A stretch of 64,000 bases of DNA from Oscillospiraceae bacterium (GTDB taxonomy: Bacteria > Bacillota > Clostridia > Oscillospirales > CAG-272), in contig SVRR01000002.1 of NCBI GenBank assembly GCA_015064745.1, positions 2,417 to 66,416 of the forward strand. Reading direction: 5' to 3'. Under the pieces are notes generated by a model, which did not search any database, was not told the DNA's origin, and was given only the letters and a program-made list of their open reading frames with translations. Below, one piece after another: positions 9,631 through 19,497 of this stretch; position 1 is the first letter of the stretch; every line of letters begins with the position of its first letter. The translations under genes and the position numbers were made by a program.

Positions 9631-10742
9631 CCTATACCCTCGTTGCCACCTGTCTTTTCGGGCTTGAGCACCTGCTTGGCGAGGAGCTGGATGCCCTTGG
9701 CTTTGACCGCATTGACACCATCGACGGACGCATCCGCTTCCGTGCCGATGAAAGCGGTATCGCGCGCGCCAACATCTGCTTGCGCTATGCGGAGCGCGTG
9801 TATATCTCGCTTGGTAGCTTCCGCGCTACAAGCTTTGACGCGCTTTTCGAGGGGACACGCGCTCTTCCTTGGGAAGCATTTATCGGGAAAAACGACGCCT
9901 TTCCCGTCAAGGGACACGCCATTCGTTCCGCACTTTTTTCGGTGCCCGACTGTCAAAAGATCGTCAAAAAGGCAATTGTCCGACGCTTAGAAACGGCGTA
10001 CGGTATTTCATGGTTCCCCGAAGAGGGCATCAAATATCAGGTGGAATTCTTCATCTTCAAGGACGAGGCGACCTTAATGATCGATACCACGGGCACCCCT
10101 CTCCATAAGCGGGGATATCGCCCCGCCCATAATGACGCGCCCATTCGCGAAACGCTTGCCGCCGCCATTGCCGCCATCTCGCGTCCGCGCGATAACGTGC
10201 TGCTTTGGGACCCTATGTGCGGGTCGGGGACGATCGCCATTGAAGGGGCGATGCTTGCGCGCCATATCGCGCCGGGAAAAAGCCGTTCCTTTGCCGCGGA
10301 AGTCTTTCCCATGCTTCCAAAGAGTATATGGACAGACGAGAGAGAGCAGGCAATTGCCGGCGAGCTGCCGCCCGGCTTTGAGGCGTATGCCAGCGATATT
10401 GACCCCGCTACCGTCGAGATTGCGGCGGAGAACGTTCGCCGCGCGGGGCTTTCGGATACCGTGCGCACCTTCGTTGCTGACGCGCGCACCATTTCTGCCG
10501 ATGGAAGACGCGGCACCATCGTCACCAATCCCCCCTACGGAGAGCGTCTCGGCACGCGTGAGGAAGCGGAGATCCTTTACCGTGAGCTCGGTACGCACTT
10601 CCGTTCTCTCGCTCCGTGGCAGGTGTATGTGATCACATCTCACGCGGGCTTTGAGCGCTTTTACGGCAAAAAAGCAGACAAGATCAGAAAACTGTATAAC
10701 GGCATGATCCCCGCTTACCTTTACCAGTATTTCAAGAAATAA
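9627..10742 (+). CDS. THUMP-domain class I SAM-dependent RNA methyltransferase (RlmL/YpsC-like)
   Basis: N-terminal THUMP-like region, DPMCGSGTI and TNPPYGERLG motifs. ATGA overlap with the upstream gene. Confidence 0.85.
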   Translation: MTYTLVATCLFGLEHLLGEELDALGFDRIDTIDGRIRFRADESGIARANICLRYAERVYISLGSFRATSFDALFEGTRALPWEAFIGKNDAFPVKGHAIRSALFSVPDCQKIVKKAIVRRLETAYGISWFPEEGIKYQVEFFIFKDEATLMIDTTGTPLHKRGYRPAHNDAPIRETLAAAIAAISRPRDNVLLWDPMCGSGTIAIEGAMLARHIAPGKSRSFAAEVFPMLPKSIWTDEREQAIAGELPPGFEAYASDIDPATVEIAAENVRRAGLSDTVRTFVADARTISADGRRGTIVTNPPYGERLGTREEAEILYRELGTHFRSLAPWQVYVITSHAGFERFYGKKADKIRKLYNGMIPAYLYQYFKK

Positions 10743-10762
10743 AAGTATAATTTTTCCTTTGT

Positions 10763-10801
10763 GTCGCATACTTCTCTTTGAGGTATGCGGCGCTTTTTTT
10801 T
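10763..10801 (+). terminator. Rho-independent terminator of the methyltransferase operon
   Basis: GTCGCATAC-N11-GTATGCGGC followed by a T9 run. It overlaps the 5' extension of the next track ORF, which supports the later TTG start. Confidence 0.7.
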
Positions 10802-10822
10802 GCCACTCGAAAGGAGATCTCT

Positions 10823-12274
10823 TTGAAAAAATTATCCAAAAGCTACGAGGAAAACCTCGAATATTTTAAAAAAATCTTTCGCCCGGGGGAAAATTTCGAT
10901 CTCATTTGCCGTGAGGTCAAGGTGGCAGGACGAGACGCCGCCTTTTTCTATATCGACGGCTTCACCAAGGATGAGGTGATGCAAAAGCTGTTACAATATT
11001 TTATTGACATGAAGGGCATGGAAAAAACGCCCACCCCTGCTCGTGCCTTTGCTTCAAGGCTTCCCTATGTTGAGGTAGACGTGGTCGACGACTGCGATCA
11101 ACTCATCACCATGGTACTGTCGGGTGCTTCCGTGATGCTCTCGGAATATTTCGGGGGGGAAGCGGTTGTGATAGACAGCCGCACCTATCCTGCCCGTATG
11201 ACCGAGGAGCCGAACGACGACCGCGTGATGCAGGGGGCGCACGACGGCTTCGTCGAAACACTCATCTTCAACACCGCGCTTATTCGCCGCCGCATTCGTG
11301 ACCCGCGTCTTTCCATGCGATACTTTAATCTGGGCGGCGCATCCCGTACCGACGTCGTTTTATGCTATATGGAGGGAAAAGCCGATTCAAAGTACGTGAG
11401 GTGGTTGGAGGGAAAACTAAAAAGCATTCATCCCGAATCCTTGACGCTCGGCATGCAAAGCCTCGCCGAATGTCTCATTCCTCGCCGCTGGTGGAATCCT
11501 CTTCCCAAGGCGCGTTACCTTGGGCGCCCCGATGCCGCCGCCGCTGAGCTTTTTGAGGGGAGGGTGCTTCTTCTTTGCGATACGGCACCCCAAGTTATGG
11601 TGCTCCCCGTCTCCATCTTTGACTTCATGCAGGAAACGGACGATTTTTATCTGCCTCCCATCACGGGCTGCTATATGCGCCTTTTGCGCCACTTTATCTT
11701 TACGCTCGCCCTCTTTTTTCTTCCCACGTGGTATCTTTTGCAGGAATACGCTTATCTTTTGCCCGCGTGGCTCGCGGTGCTTGTACCAAAGGATGTGGGA
11801 GCGCTCCCACTGCTATTACAGCTTTATCTTGCGGAAATCGCCGTGGACGGACTTAAGCTAGCTTCGATGAATACGCCCGATATGCTCACAAATTCATTAA
11901 GCGTCATCGGCGGTCTTATTCTCGGTGAATTTGCCGTCACCATCGGTTGGCTCTCACCCGACGTTATTTTCTATATCGCACTCGTTGCTATCGCGGGCTT
12001 CTCTCAACAAAACCACGAGCTTGGATACGCCTTTAAATTCTTGCGTATGATCTGGCTTGCGGTAACGGCGATCTTCGGGCTTTGGGGCTACCTCGCTTTT
12101 ATTCCCGTTCCCGTCATTCTTCTCGTCACAAATAAGACCCTATCGGCAGGCAGAAGCTATCTCTATCCCCTCATCCCCTTCAACGGCAAAGCTCTTTTGC
12201 GCCTCTTCTTTCGTTTGCCAAAAAGCGACGTTGCACGGGACGAATATCCTAAAAGTGTAGAAAAAGCACCTTAA
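10823..12274 (+). CDS. GerA-family spore germination protein (GerAA/SpoVAF-like)
   Basis: RRRIRDPRL...GGASRTDVVLCYMEGKAD and a C-terminal multi-TM region. TTG start behind AAAGGAG (10810-10816). Confidence 0.85.
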   Translation: MKKLSKSYEENLEYFKKIFRPGENFDLICREVKVAGRDAAFFYIDGFTKDEVMQKLLQYFIDMKGMEKTPTPARAFASRLPYVEVDVVDDCDQLITMVLSGASVMLSEYFGGEAVVIDSRTYPARMTEEPNDDRVMQGAHDGFVETLIFNTALIRRRIRDPRLSMRYFNLGGASRTDVVLCYMEGKADSKYVRWLEGKLKSIHPESLTLGMQSLAECLIPRRWWNPLPKARYLGRPDAAAAELFEGRVLLLCDTAPQVMVLPVSIFDFMQETDDFYLPPITGCYMRLLRHFIFTLALFFLPTWYLLQEYAYLLPAWLAVLVPKDVGALPLLLQLYLAEIAVDGLKLASMNTPDMLTNSLSVIGGLILGEFAVTIGWLSPDVIFYIALVAIAGFSQQNHELGYAFKFLRMIWLAVTAIFGLWGYLAFIPVPVILLVTNKTLSAGRSYLYPLIPFNGKALLRLFFRLPKSDVARDEYPKSVEKAP

Positions 12275-12305
12275 AATTGCTTGGTGGACCACCGTTCCCC
12301 ACAAA

Positions 12306-12343
12306 GAAAAAGGACAGAGAATTCTGACGTTCTCTGTCCTTTG
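12306..12343. terminator. Bidirectional terminator between the gerA-like gene and the convergent solute-binding gene
   Basis: A5 + AGGACAGAGAA-N8-TTCTCTGTCCT + TTT. Confidence 0.75.
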
Positions 12344-12358
12344 GTAAATTTTTTCGGC

Positions 12359-13882
12359 TTAATCGAATATGTTGAATTTTTCGATCATTTTGTTCATGCA
12401 GTCTACATAAGCATCCTTTTCCGAGTCAAAGGTAGACGCAACGGTGTCGCTCTTATACAGGTCAATACCCGAAAGCTTTCCTGTTCCCGTATAAAGCTCC
12501 TCACAGCGGTTGCCGATCGTGAGCGAGAAGGGATCGTCGGTGCATTCGCGAACAAGGTCCATCATAGCACGGGAATTCTTGTCGCTGTTATATTTGTATT
12601 TAAGACCCTTTTCGTAGTAAGCGTGTACGAATTCCTTCGAGTTCTCGTTCAAGTGCTGCATCAAAGCGGAGGCGGCGGAATAGGCTTTTGCCGTGTTGAG
12701 AATAGCGCCGAGCTCTGCTTGGTTATGAACGACGGTGTGGTAATAGTCCTGCTCGTTTTTGTTCCATTTGGGAAGAGGTACAAGACCCTTTGACGCATTA
12801 AAATCACGGAGCACACCGGATTCCATCTCACCGAGACGCTGCGTTACAAACAGAACATTGCCTTCGGCGAAGTGCAGGGTGTTGTCTCTGAGTCCGTCTG
12901 CTGACCAATCGGATTGATAAACACCCTTGGCTTCCATAAGCTGGGTATACTTTTGCGCAAGACGCTGGAACTGGGAGCTGTCGGATATTACGCTGGGACG
13001 GTAACTGTTCTCCTTATCCAAGTAATACAGCGTAATACCGGAGGAGGAGGGATAGACCCTGTTCATGACGTTGTTTGTAGCGAGACCGACTACGATATCA
13101 TTTCTTTCGGTGACGCCCATCACACCGCTATCGGCATGCACGCGTCCCGCGATATCCATCATCAGGTCCATGTCCCACTCGCCTTCAGCGACGTAATCGT
13201 AAAAGACGTCAAGCGAGGTGCACCATTCGGGCATGCTGTTCAGGTTTCTCGTGAAGATGTCGTGGTTAATGTATACGACCCAAGCCATGCGGATCATATC
13301 GACAAAGTAATCGCCGGCAAAGATATAGTACTTATCTTGGTTAAAGGTACAGCCCTTGATGTATTCCTGATACCAGCCATCCTTCGTAAAGTCAAAATAA
13401 TTCTTGACCTCGTCACCGGGGTTCTTGACGTTCCAAAGCAGACCGTCTACCATAGCTCTTGAAAGACCGCTTATGTCGTTGTTATAGATATCGGGAGAGG
13501 TCTTGGAGCTGGTGGTAACGATGGTTCTGATGTCTTCCAGAATTTTGGAGTAATGCAGATCCTTGGTGGAATACACGACCTTGATGTTCAGCTCGTCCTC
13601 AGCCTTCTTGTTTCTGGCGAGGACTGTCTTGGTGACCTCGTTGGAGCTTGCCTTATCGGGTCCCTTGGTGTAAATGTCTGCTGCGGGGAAGGATGCTTCG
13701 TTATACTGATTGACAGAAACGCAGAAATGAACCTCTTGCCCCTTGAAGTTGACCCCCTCCCAGCTGTCGCCCACACGGTCACCGCCGTCGTTGACGACGT
13801 CACCGCTGCCGCCGCAGGAGGCGAAAAGCCCGAGTAACGTGGCGAGAAGCAGGAAAAGCGCGATGATTCTTGTCTTTTTCAT
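12359..13882 (-). CDS. Large extracellular solute-binding lipoprotein (ABC sugar-binding type) with no cognate permease or ATPase nearby
   Basis: Lipobox LFASCGG. 507 aa with a family-1 SBP-like composition. Its own promoter-like TTGCTT-17-TATAAT lies upstream (around 13975-14005, minus). Confidence 0.8.
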   Translation of the reverse strand: MKKTRIIALFLLLATLLGLFASCGGSGDVVNDGGDRVGDSWEGVNFKGQEVHFCVSVNQYNEASFPAADIYTKGPDKASSNEVTKTVLARNKKAEDELNIKVVYSTKDLHYSKILEDIRTIVTTSSKTSPDIYNNDISGLSRAMVDGLLWNVKNPGDEVKNYFDFTKDGWYQEYIKGCTFNQDKYYIFAGDYFVDMIRMAWVVYINHDIFTRNLNSMPEWCTSLDVFYDYVAEGEWDMDLMMDIAGRVHADSGVMGVTERNDIVVGLATNNVMNRVYPSSSGITLYYLDKENSYRPSVISDSSQFQRLAQKYTQLMEAKGVYQSDWSADGLRDNTLHFAEGNVLFVTQRLGEMESGVLRDFNASKGLVPLPKWNKNEQDYYHTVVHNQAELGAILNTAKAYSAASALMQHLNENSKEFVHAYYEKGLKYKYNSDKNSRAMMDLVRECTDDPFSLTIGNRCEELYTGTGKLSGIDLYKSDTVASTFDSEKDAYVDCMNKMIEKFNIFD

Positions 13883-14080
13883 GGATATACTTTAACTCTC
13901 CTTTCAGTTTTGCGCCGCAAACGCGCGGCATTTTTCGCCGATTTTTGCATCCGACGAAACGCTATTGGCTTATTATATCATTTTTTTTTCGTAAAAGCAA
14001 GTAGATACGTAAAAAAATATCATTTTTTACAAATTCCTTTTGCCTTCCGCTTTCGCGGCGCTGTACGGATAAAGGTTGGT

Positions 14081-15226
14081 TTATACAATAACGCCGTTTT
14101 TGAATACCTGCTTCACAAAGAAATCCTGATCTAAAATGAGAATATCCGCATCCATGTCGCAAGCGAGCTTTCCTTTGGTTTTGAGCCCCATAATACGCGC
14201 GGGCGTTTCGGTCAGCATCTTGACTGCGTAGGTGACGGGAATGTCGGCTTCCGTTACGGCAACGCGCAAAAGGCGGTCTGCCGTGGCAATGCTGCCCGCA
14301 AAGGCAGAACGGTCACGGAGCTTGCAAACGCCGTCCTCAATGATAAATTCGGTCGCTTGCATTTTTCCTTCCTTTAAGTCGGTGCCTGCAAGGGCAAGAC
14401 TGTCGGTCACGAGGGCGATATGCTCGTGTCCCTTGATCTTGTAGATCAAGCGGATGAGCTCGGGCGGCAGGTGCTTGCCGTCGCAAATGATCTCAACGTC
14501 CATGTTGTCCGAGAGATAAGCACTTTCGATAACGCCGAGACGTCGGAAGCCGTGGTCGCGTGTGATGGTCGAGGTGCAGGAGTAAAGGTGTGTCACAAGA
14601 TGGCATCCTGCCTCCTCTGCGCGTACCATATCGTCGTAAATGGCGTTTGTATGACCCGCCGAGGGAAGAACACCGTACGCGGTAAGGGCTCTTGCGAAGC
14701 TGCCGTCGTCGTGCTCGGGGGCATAGCTCCATCGCGCGATGGCATCGCCGTGCTTTTCAAGCAAGGGGAGATATTCGTCGGGGTTCGGGGGTGTGATGAA
14801 ATCGGGGCACTGCGCGCCTGCCTGCGCCGCGGAAAGGTAAGGTCCCTCCATGTGCGCGCCGAGAATGGTTTCGAGCGTTCGTTCGTCCTTCATGGCGAGG
14901 GCAACGTTCTCCACCGAACGCGCCATATCGGCAAAGGGGGCGGCAGATATGGTGGGGCAGATGGTCGTTGTGCCGTGTGCAAGATGGAAAAGGCTCCCGG
15001 AAACGATATCCTCTACCTCGCCCTCAAAGGGAAAGCCGCCGCCGCCGTGCGTATGTGTGTCGATAAAACCGGGAGTGACGTAAAGGTCTGTCGCGTCGTA
15101 TTCCTCCGAGACGGGGCGGTCAGCCGCCGAGACCTCGACGACCGTTTTCCCTTCGTAGTATACGAATCCGTCGAAAAGCCCTGCGGGGGTCACGATCCTG
15201 TTGCTTTTGATCCGTTTCATCATCAA
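14081..15226 (-). CDS. nagA: N-acetylglucosamine-6-phosphate deacetylase
   Basis: 381 aa with PGFIDTHTHGGGG and amidohydrolase metal ligands. Confidence 0.9.
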   Translation of the reverse strand: MMMKRIKSNRIVTPAGLFDGFVYYEGKTVVEVSAADRPVSEEYDATDLYVTPGFIDTHTHGGGGFPFEGEVEDIVSGSLFHLAHGTTTICPTISAAPFADMARSVENVALAMKDERTLETILGAHMEGPYLSAAQAGAQCPDFITPPNPDEYLPLLEKHGDAIARWSYAPEHDDGSFARALTAYGVLPSAGHTNAIYDDMVRAEEAGCHLVTHLYSCTSTITRDHGFRRLGVIESAYLSDNMDVEIICDGKHLPPELIRLIYKIKGHEHIALVTDSLALAGTDLKEGKMQATEFIIEDGVCKLRDRSAFAGSIATADRLLRVAVTEADIPVTYAVKMLTETPARIMGLKTKGKLACDMDADILILDQDFFVKQVFKNGVIV

Positions 15227-15987
15227 AGCTCCAAAAGAGAACTGCTGTCGCCGTCAAGATACAGTACAGCGTCGGCGTGGCGGCGCAAAATGCTTGCGGG
15301 GCAATGCTCGTCGATCGCTCCCGTGAGGGTCTCCTTCACGGCGTTTGCCTTGGTGGGGGCGGGGACGATGCAGAAGAGCTTACCGCCGTGGAAAAGGGTG
15401 GGAACGGTCAGAGTGATCGCCGTTTTGGGAACGTCGTCAAGCTTGGCAAAGCAGCCGTCGTTGACCTGCTGGTTGCGGCAAACCTCGTCGAGCGCGACGG
15501 GCTTCACGGCAAAGGGGTCGTTAAAATCGGCAACAGGCGGGTCGTTGAAGGCAATATGACCGTTTTCGCCGATGCCCATGACAACGATATCAATGGGAGC
15601 CTCGGCAAGAAGGGAAGCGTAGCGACGGCATTCCGCCTCGGCATCCTTAGCGGAAACGTCAATATAGCTTACGCTCTTAAAGGGGGCGATGCCGAAAATA
15701 TGCTCGCGGAGAAAATTGCCGAAGCCCTGCGGTGCATCGGCGGAAAGACCGATGTACTCATCCATGTGGAAGGCGTTTACGCGTTCCCAAGGAATTTCCT
15801 TGTCGTATGCAAGTGCGGCAAGCACCTCGTTTTGCGAGGGAGCGGCGGCAAAGATCATGCGAAGCTCCTTCTTTTGTTCAAGAAGAGAGAGAATGGCTGC
15901 CTTGATATCCTTTGCGGCGGCGTCTCCCATCTCCTTGCGCGTGTCATAAGCGTTGACCGTTAAAAGGTCCTTTTTCATCGTTTTCAT
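15223..15987 (-). CDS. nagB: Glucosamine-6-phosphate deaminase/isomerase family protein
   Basis: 254 aa with FAAAPSQ...FHMDEYIGL...MGIGENGHIAFNDP. Overlaps nagA by 4 nt. Confidence 0.8.
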   Translation of the reverse strand: MKTMKKDLLTVNAYDTRKEMGDAAAKDIKAAILSLLEQKKELRMIFAAAPSQNEVLAALAYDKEIPWERVNAFHMDEYIGLSADAPQGFGNFLREHIFGIAPFKSVSYIDVSAKDAEAECRRYASLLAEAPIDIVVMGIGENGHIAFNDPPVADFNDPFAVKPVALDEVCRNQQVNDGCFAKLDDVPKTAITLTVPTLFHGGKLFCIVPAPTKANAVKETLTGAIDEHCPASILRRHADAVLYLDGDSSSLLEL

Positions 15988-16829
15988 GCAAATAACTCCC
16001 GAAATTTTAATACTGCGTCGTCAAAGGCGCATTGTCCGTTTTCATATTTGTAGGGGTTTTCAAAGCTGCGTCCCACGAGGGCGTTCAGTCCCGAGAAGCA
16101 TTCAAGATGTGGCTCAAGTGTCACGAAGAAATCATTCTTTGCGTATGCGCTGTGTGCCGTGAGGATCTCGCGGATCTTCGCCTCTCCCTTGCCGGGAGGC
16201 ACGATCGCGCCTGCGGAAAGAGCATCCTTGATGTGGAAATATTCGATATCCTTCTTCAAAAGCTCGTACGCCTCGGGGTAGGGGTCTACGCCTTCAAGCA
16301 CGTAGTTGCCCATATCGAACACGCACTTTAAGGCGCCGTCGGTAGCGTCGATCAGCTCACGAACACGAGAGGGAACGTCGCCGTAGATCTTGGCTTCGTT
16401 CTCGTGACAAAGGGTCACACCGTGCTCCTTCGCGACCGCAAGCATCTTTAAAAGACCTTCGACAACATCGTCGCGCATGTCGGTGATCTCTTTACCCTCG
16501 GGGGCGTAAAAGCTGAATACGCGGATGTATTTTGCGCCGAAAACGTTTGCCGTCTCAAAAACGCGGCGTGCGGTTTCAAGATGGGCATTCATGTCCTCGT
16601 CAAGGCGGATCTTGCCAAGAGGAGAGCCGATAGCGGAAACACCGATGCCGTGCGCGTCAAGCAGTGCCTTTGCCGTCTTCACCTCATCCTTCGAGAGGGT
16701 GGAAACGTTCTTTTTGTCGATAAAACGGGCTTCGATGTACGAGAAGCCGTGCTTTTGCATACCGCAAAGCTGATCTTGAAAGCTGTCGGCGTATTCGTCC
16801 GAAAATGCGGAAAGTATAATGTTACTCAT
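15984..16829 (-). CDS. Xylose-isomerase-like TIM-barrel protein (sugar phosphate isomerase/epimerase family)
   Basis: 281 aa with ...GAKYIRVFSF...VTLCHENE...FDMGN...FHIKD pattern. Confidence 0.8.
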   Translation of the reverse strand: MSNIILSAFSDEYADSFQDQLCGMQKHGFSYIEARFIDKKNVSTLSKDEVKTAKALLDAHGIGVSAIGSPLGKIRLDEDMNAHLETARRVFETANVFGAKYIRVFSFYAPEGKEITDMRDDVVEGLLKMLAVAKEHGVTLCHENEAKIYGDVPSRVRELIDATDGALKCVFDMGNYVLEGVDPYPEAYELLKKDIEYFHIKDALSAGAIVPPGKGEAKIREILTAHSAYAKNDFFVTLEPHLECFSGLNALVGRSFENPYKYENGQCAFDDAVLKFRELFA

Positions 16830-16840
16830 GCTATGTCACC

Positions 16841-17710
16841 TCACAGTACGAGACGACCGACAGGCTCTTCTTTGCCGCTTTCGATCGAACGCTTGATAGC
16901 GTTCATGACGAAGACGGGAGATGCAAACTCCTCAAAGGACATCCTTTGCTCACCGCCGTCCAAAAGATTTTTGAACTCGCCGAACTCACGGACAAAGGAA
17001 TTGCCGAGTCCGTTGTAAGCACAGCTCTTACAGCTTTCCATGGAGATGCGAGAGAGGTGATAACGGCTGCAAGCGGAGGAATACAGTCCCATACAGTCGA
17101 AATTCTCATAATGGAAAATAGTGTGGATCTGCTTGCCGTTTTGCTTTGCCGTGACCGAAATCGGAAATCTTCCATAGACCTCGAGGATCATCTCCACGAG
17201 GTGCTGGGCGTAGAAATAAAATCCGCCGTACTCCTCGTAGACGTTAAGCGGTGCTTGGGCAAAGCCGCTGATGGTTGCGCCGCCCACCTCATTTTCATGC
17301 TCCGATTTGAGAAGAAGGACCTCGTCGGTGTGCTTGAGGGAGGAGCCGCCCGAAACACGAATGCCGTTTTCTTTAAGCTCACGCATGAAGAGGGTGACCT
17401 CCTCCTCGGTGATGGTAATGGGCTTGTCGATAAACATGGGTACACCGCTTGCGATGTACGGCTTTGCGTACTTGTAGTGGTTTGCACCGTGGCGCGCGGT
17501 GATGATCACGCCGTCCACCTTACCGACCGCCTCGTCGTAGCTTTCCATAATCGGAGCGCCGTACTGCTCGTTCAGCTTTTTAGCGGATTCAAGCTCGTCG
17601 GAGTAGATGCCGATGACTTCGATATCACCGAACTCTCCACCTTCCGCGATCTTTGCTAAAAATTTGTTGGCATGGGAATTTTCGCAACCTAAAATAACGA
17701 TCTTTTTCAT
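16841..17710 (-). CDS. Short Gfo/Idh/MocA-like oxidoreductase, copy A
   Basis: 289 aa with a Rossmann-like N-terminus MKKIVILGCENSHANKF. 285/289 aa identical to copy B. Confidence 0.7.
   Translation of the reverse strand: MKKIVILGCENSHANKFLAKIAEGGEFGDIEVIGIYSDELESAKKLNEQYGAPIMESYDEAVGKVDGVIITARHGANHYKYAKPYIASGVPMFIDKPITITEEEVTLFMRELKENGIRVSGGSSLKHTDEVLLLKSEHENEVGGATISGFAQAPLNVYEEYGGFYFYAQHLVEMILEVYGRFPISVTAKQNGKQIHTIFHYENFDCMGLYSSACSRYHLSRISMESCKSCAYNGLGNSFVREFGEFKNLLDGGEQRMSFEEFASPVFVMNAIKRSIESGKEEPVGRLVL
16841..17710. repeat. 870-bp direct repeat, unit A (partner 18613-19482, offset 1772 bp)
   Basis: Base-by-base comparison. About 575 bp are identical (17123-17698) and 8 substitutions lie in 16857-17122. 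Homology stops at the start and stop codons. Confidence 0.9.
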
Positions 17711-17770
17711 TATTTTCTGCTTCCTTTCTGCAAAACAAATCGAAATTTGTAGATTTGGTATTTTTAAGCC

Positions 17771-18598
17771 TTATTGGAAATCTTTAAGCACGCCAACGCC
17801 GTAGCCGACTCTGCCGCCTCTTTTGTAAAGTGCCTTGATGTTTCTCTGAAGAGAGGTGTTTTCGGGGAGAGAGTCGATGTCGTCGGTGTCGGGATTAAAG
17901 CCCAGACGATCAAACACGAAGCTGCTGATGTAGCCCTCGCCCTGTTTGTGCGCGATGATGTCAAATTTGCGCTTGAAGATGAGGATCTTCGAGCCCTCGG
18001 GCAAAAGCTCCTCAAGCATCGGGGAAGTGAGCCAGGTGTGGGCGATGATCCTTCTTTGCTGATAATCGGGATAGAAGGTTCTGGTAAATTCCTTCACCGC
18101 ACGGAAGCTTTCGTCTAACGTATCGCTGTCGAGTGACGCGTCGGGCGGAATGTGTATTACGATCGCATCCTCACCGATGATCTCCTTGTACTCGTATTCC
18201 AGGGTCCCGAGGCGGAAAAGACGCATGGAAAGATGTCTTGGAACAAGATACGCTCTGTCGAATCCCCAAACACCGTGCTTTTCCTTGTACATACGGGTGT
18301 ATCTCTTAAACACCTTCATGGTGTGTATGAATACGTCGTCGGGAATCCCCATTTTTCGATAGTTTTCGTATGTGAGAAGTGCCGTTTTCAATTCAAGCGC
18401 GAGTGCGCGCCTTTGATGCTCGTCCTCGCCAAGTGCCTCTTTCAGCTTCTCCCACGAGGTTATGATGTTGGGAATCTCGGTCATTTCGGCAAGAATATCG
18501 TCATATTCCCCTTGATACGTCCCCTCTAAGTAGGAGAGAACGCCCTCCTTTACCTCGGAGGAAAGCTCAAGCCTTTCAAGCAGTTCTTGGATGTTCAT
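17771..18598 (-). CDS. Acyltransferase-domain protein (N-acyltransferase N-terminal plus GNAT-like C-terminal family), tentative
   Basis: 275 aa. HTWLTSPMLEELLPEGSKILIFKRKFDI resembles the W-L-x-x-P-x-L...S-x-I-x-x-F motif as I remember it. SD TAGGAG. Confidence 0.45.
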   Translation of the reverse strand: MNIQELLERLELSSEVKEGVLSYLEGTYQGEYDDILAEMTEIPNIITSWEKLKEALGEDEHQRRALALELKTALLTYENYRKMGIPDDVFIHTMKVFKRYTRMYKEKHGVWGFDRAYLVPRHLSMRLFRLGTLEYEYKEIIGEDAIVIHIPPDASLDSDTLDESFRAVKEFTRTFYPDYQQRRIIAHTWLTSPMLEELLPEGSKILIFKRKFDIIAHKQGEGYISSFVFDRLGFNPDTDDIDSLPENTSLQRNIKALYKRGGRVGYGVGVLKDFQ

Positions 18599-18612
18599 GG
18601 CGTGCTCCTAAA

Positions 18613-19482
18613 TTACATTTGAAGACGTCCGACAGGCTCTTCTTTGCCGCTTTCGATCGAACGCTTGATGGCGTTTATGACGAAGACGGGAGATGCAAAC
18701 TCCTCAAAGGACATCCTTTGCTCACCGCCGTCCAAAAGATTTTTGAACTCGCCGAACTCACGGACAAAGGAATCACCGAGTCCGTTGTAAGCACAGCTCT
18801 TACAGCTTTCCATGGAGATGCGGGAGAGATGATAACGGCTGCAAGCGGAAGAATACAGTCCCATACAGTCGAAATTCTCATAATGGAAAATGGTGTGGAT
18901 CTGCTTGCCGTTTTGCTTTGCCGTGACCGAAATCGGAAATCTTCCATAGACCTCGAGGATCATCTCCACGAGGTGCTGGGCGTAGAAATAAAATCCGCCG
19001 TACTCCTCGTAGACGTTAAGCGGTGCTTGGGCAAAGCCGCTGATGGTTGCGCCGCCCACCTCATTTTCATGCTCCGATTTGAGAAGAAGGACCTCGTCGG
19101 TGTGCTTGAGGGAGGAGCCGCCCGAAACACGAATGCCGTTTTCTTTAAGCTCACGCATGAAGAGGGTGACCTCCTCCTCGGTGATGGTAATGGGCTTGTC
19201 GATAAACATGGGTACACCGCTTGCGATGTACGGCTTTGCGTACTTGTAGTGGTTTGCACCGTGGCGCGCGGTGATGATCACGCCGTCCACCTTACCGACC
19301 GCCTCGTCGTAGCTTTCCATAATCGGAGCGCCGTACTGCTCGTTCAGCTTTTTAGCGGATTCAAGCTCGTCGGAGTAGATGCCGATGACTTCGATATCAC
19401 CGAACTCTCCACCTTCCGCGATCTTTGCTAAAAATTTGTTGGCATGGGAATTTTCGCAACCTAAAATAACTACTTTTTTCAT
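18613..19482 (-). CDS. Short Gfo/Idh/MocA-like oxidoreductase, copy B
   Basis: 289 aa. Differs from copy A only at I4V, N235D, M265I and the last 2-3 residues. Confidence 0.7.
   Translation of the reverse strand: MKKVVILGCENSHANKFLAKIAEGGEFGDIEVIGIYSDELESAKKLNEQYGAPIMESYDEAVGKVDGVIITARHGANHYKYAKPYIASGVPMFIDKPITITEEEVTLFMRELKENGIRVSGGSSLKHTDEVLLLKSEHENEVGGATISGFAQAPLNVYEEYGGFYFYAQHLVEMILEVYGRFPISVTAKQNGKQIHTIFHYENFDCMGLYSSACSRYHLSRISMESCKSCAYNGLGDSFVREFGEFKNLLDGGEQRMSFEEFASPVFVINAIKRSIESGKEEPVGRLQM
18613..19482. repeat. 870-bp direct repeat, unit B
   Basis: See unit A. Confidence 0.9.
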
Positions 19483-19497
19483 AATTACCTCTCAGAC

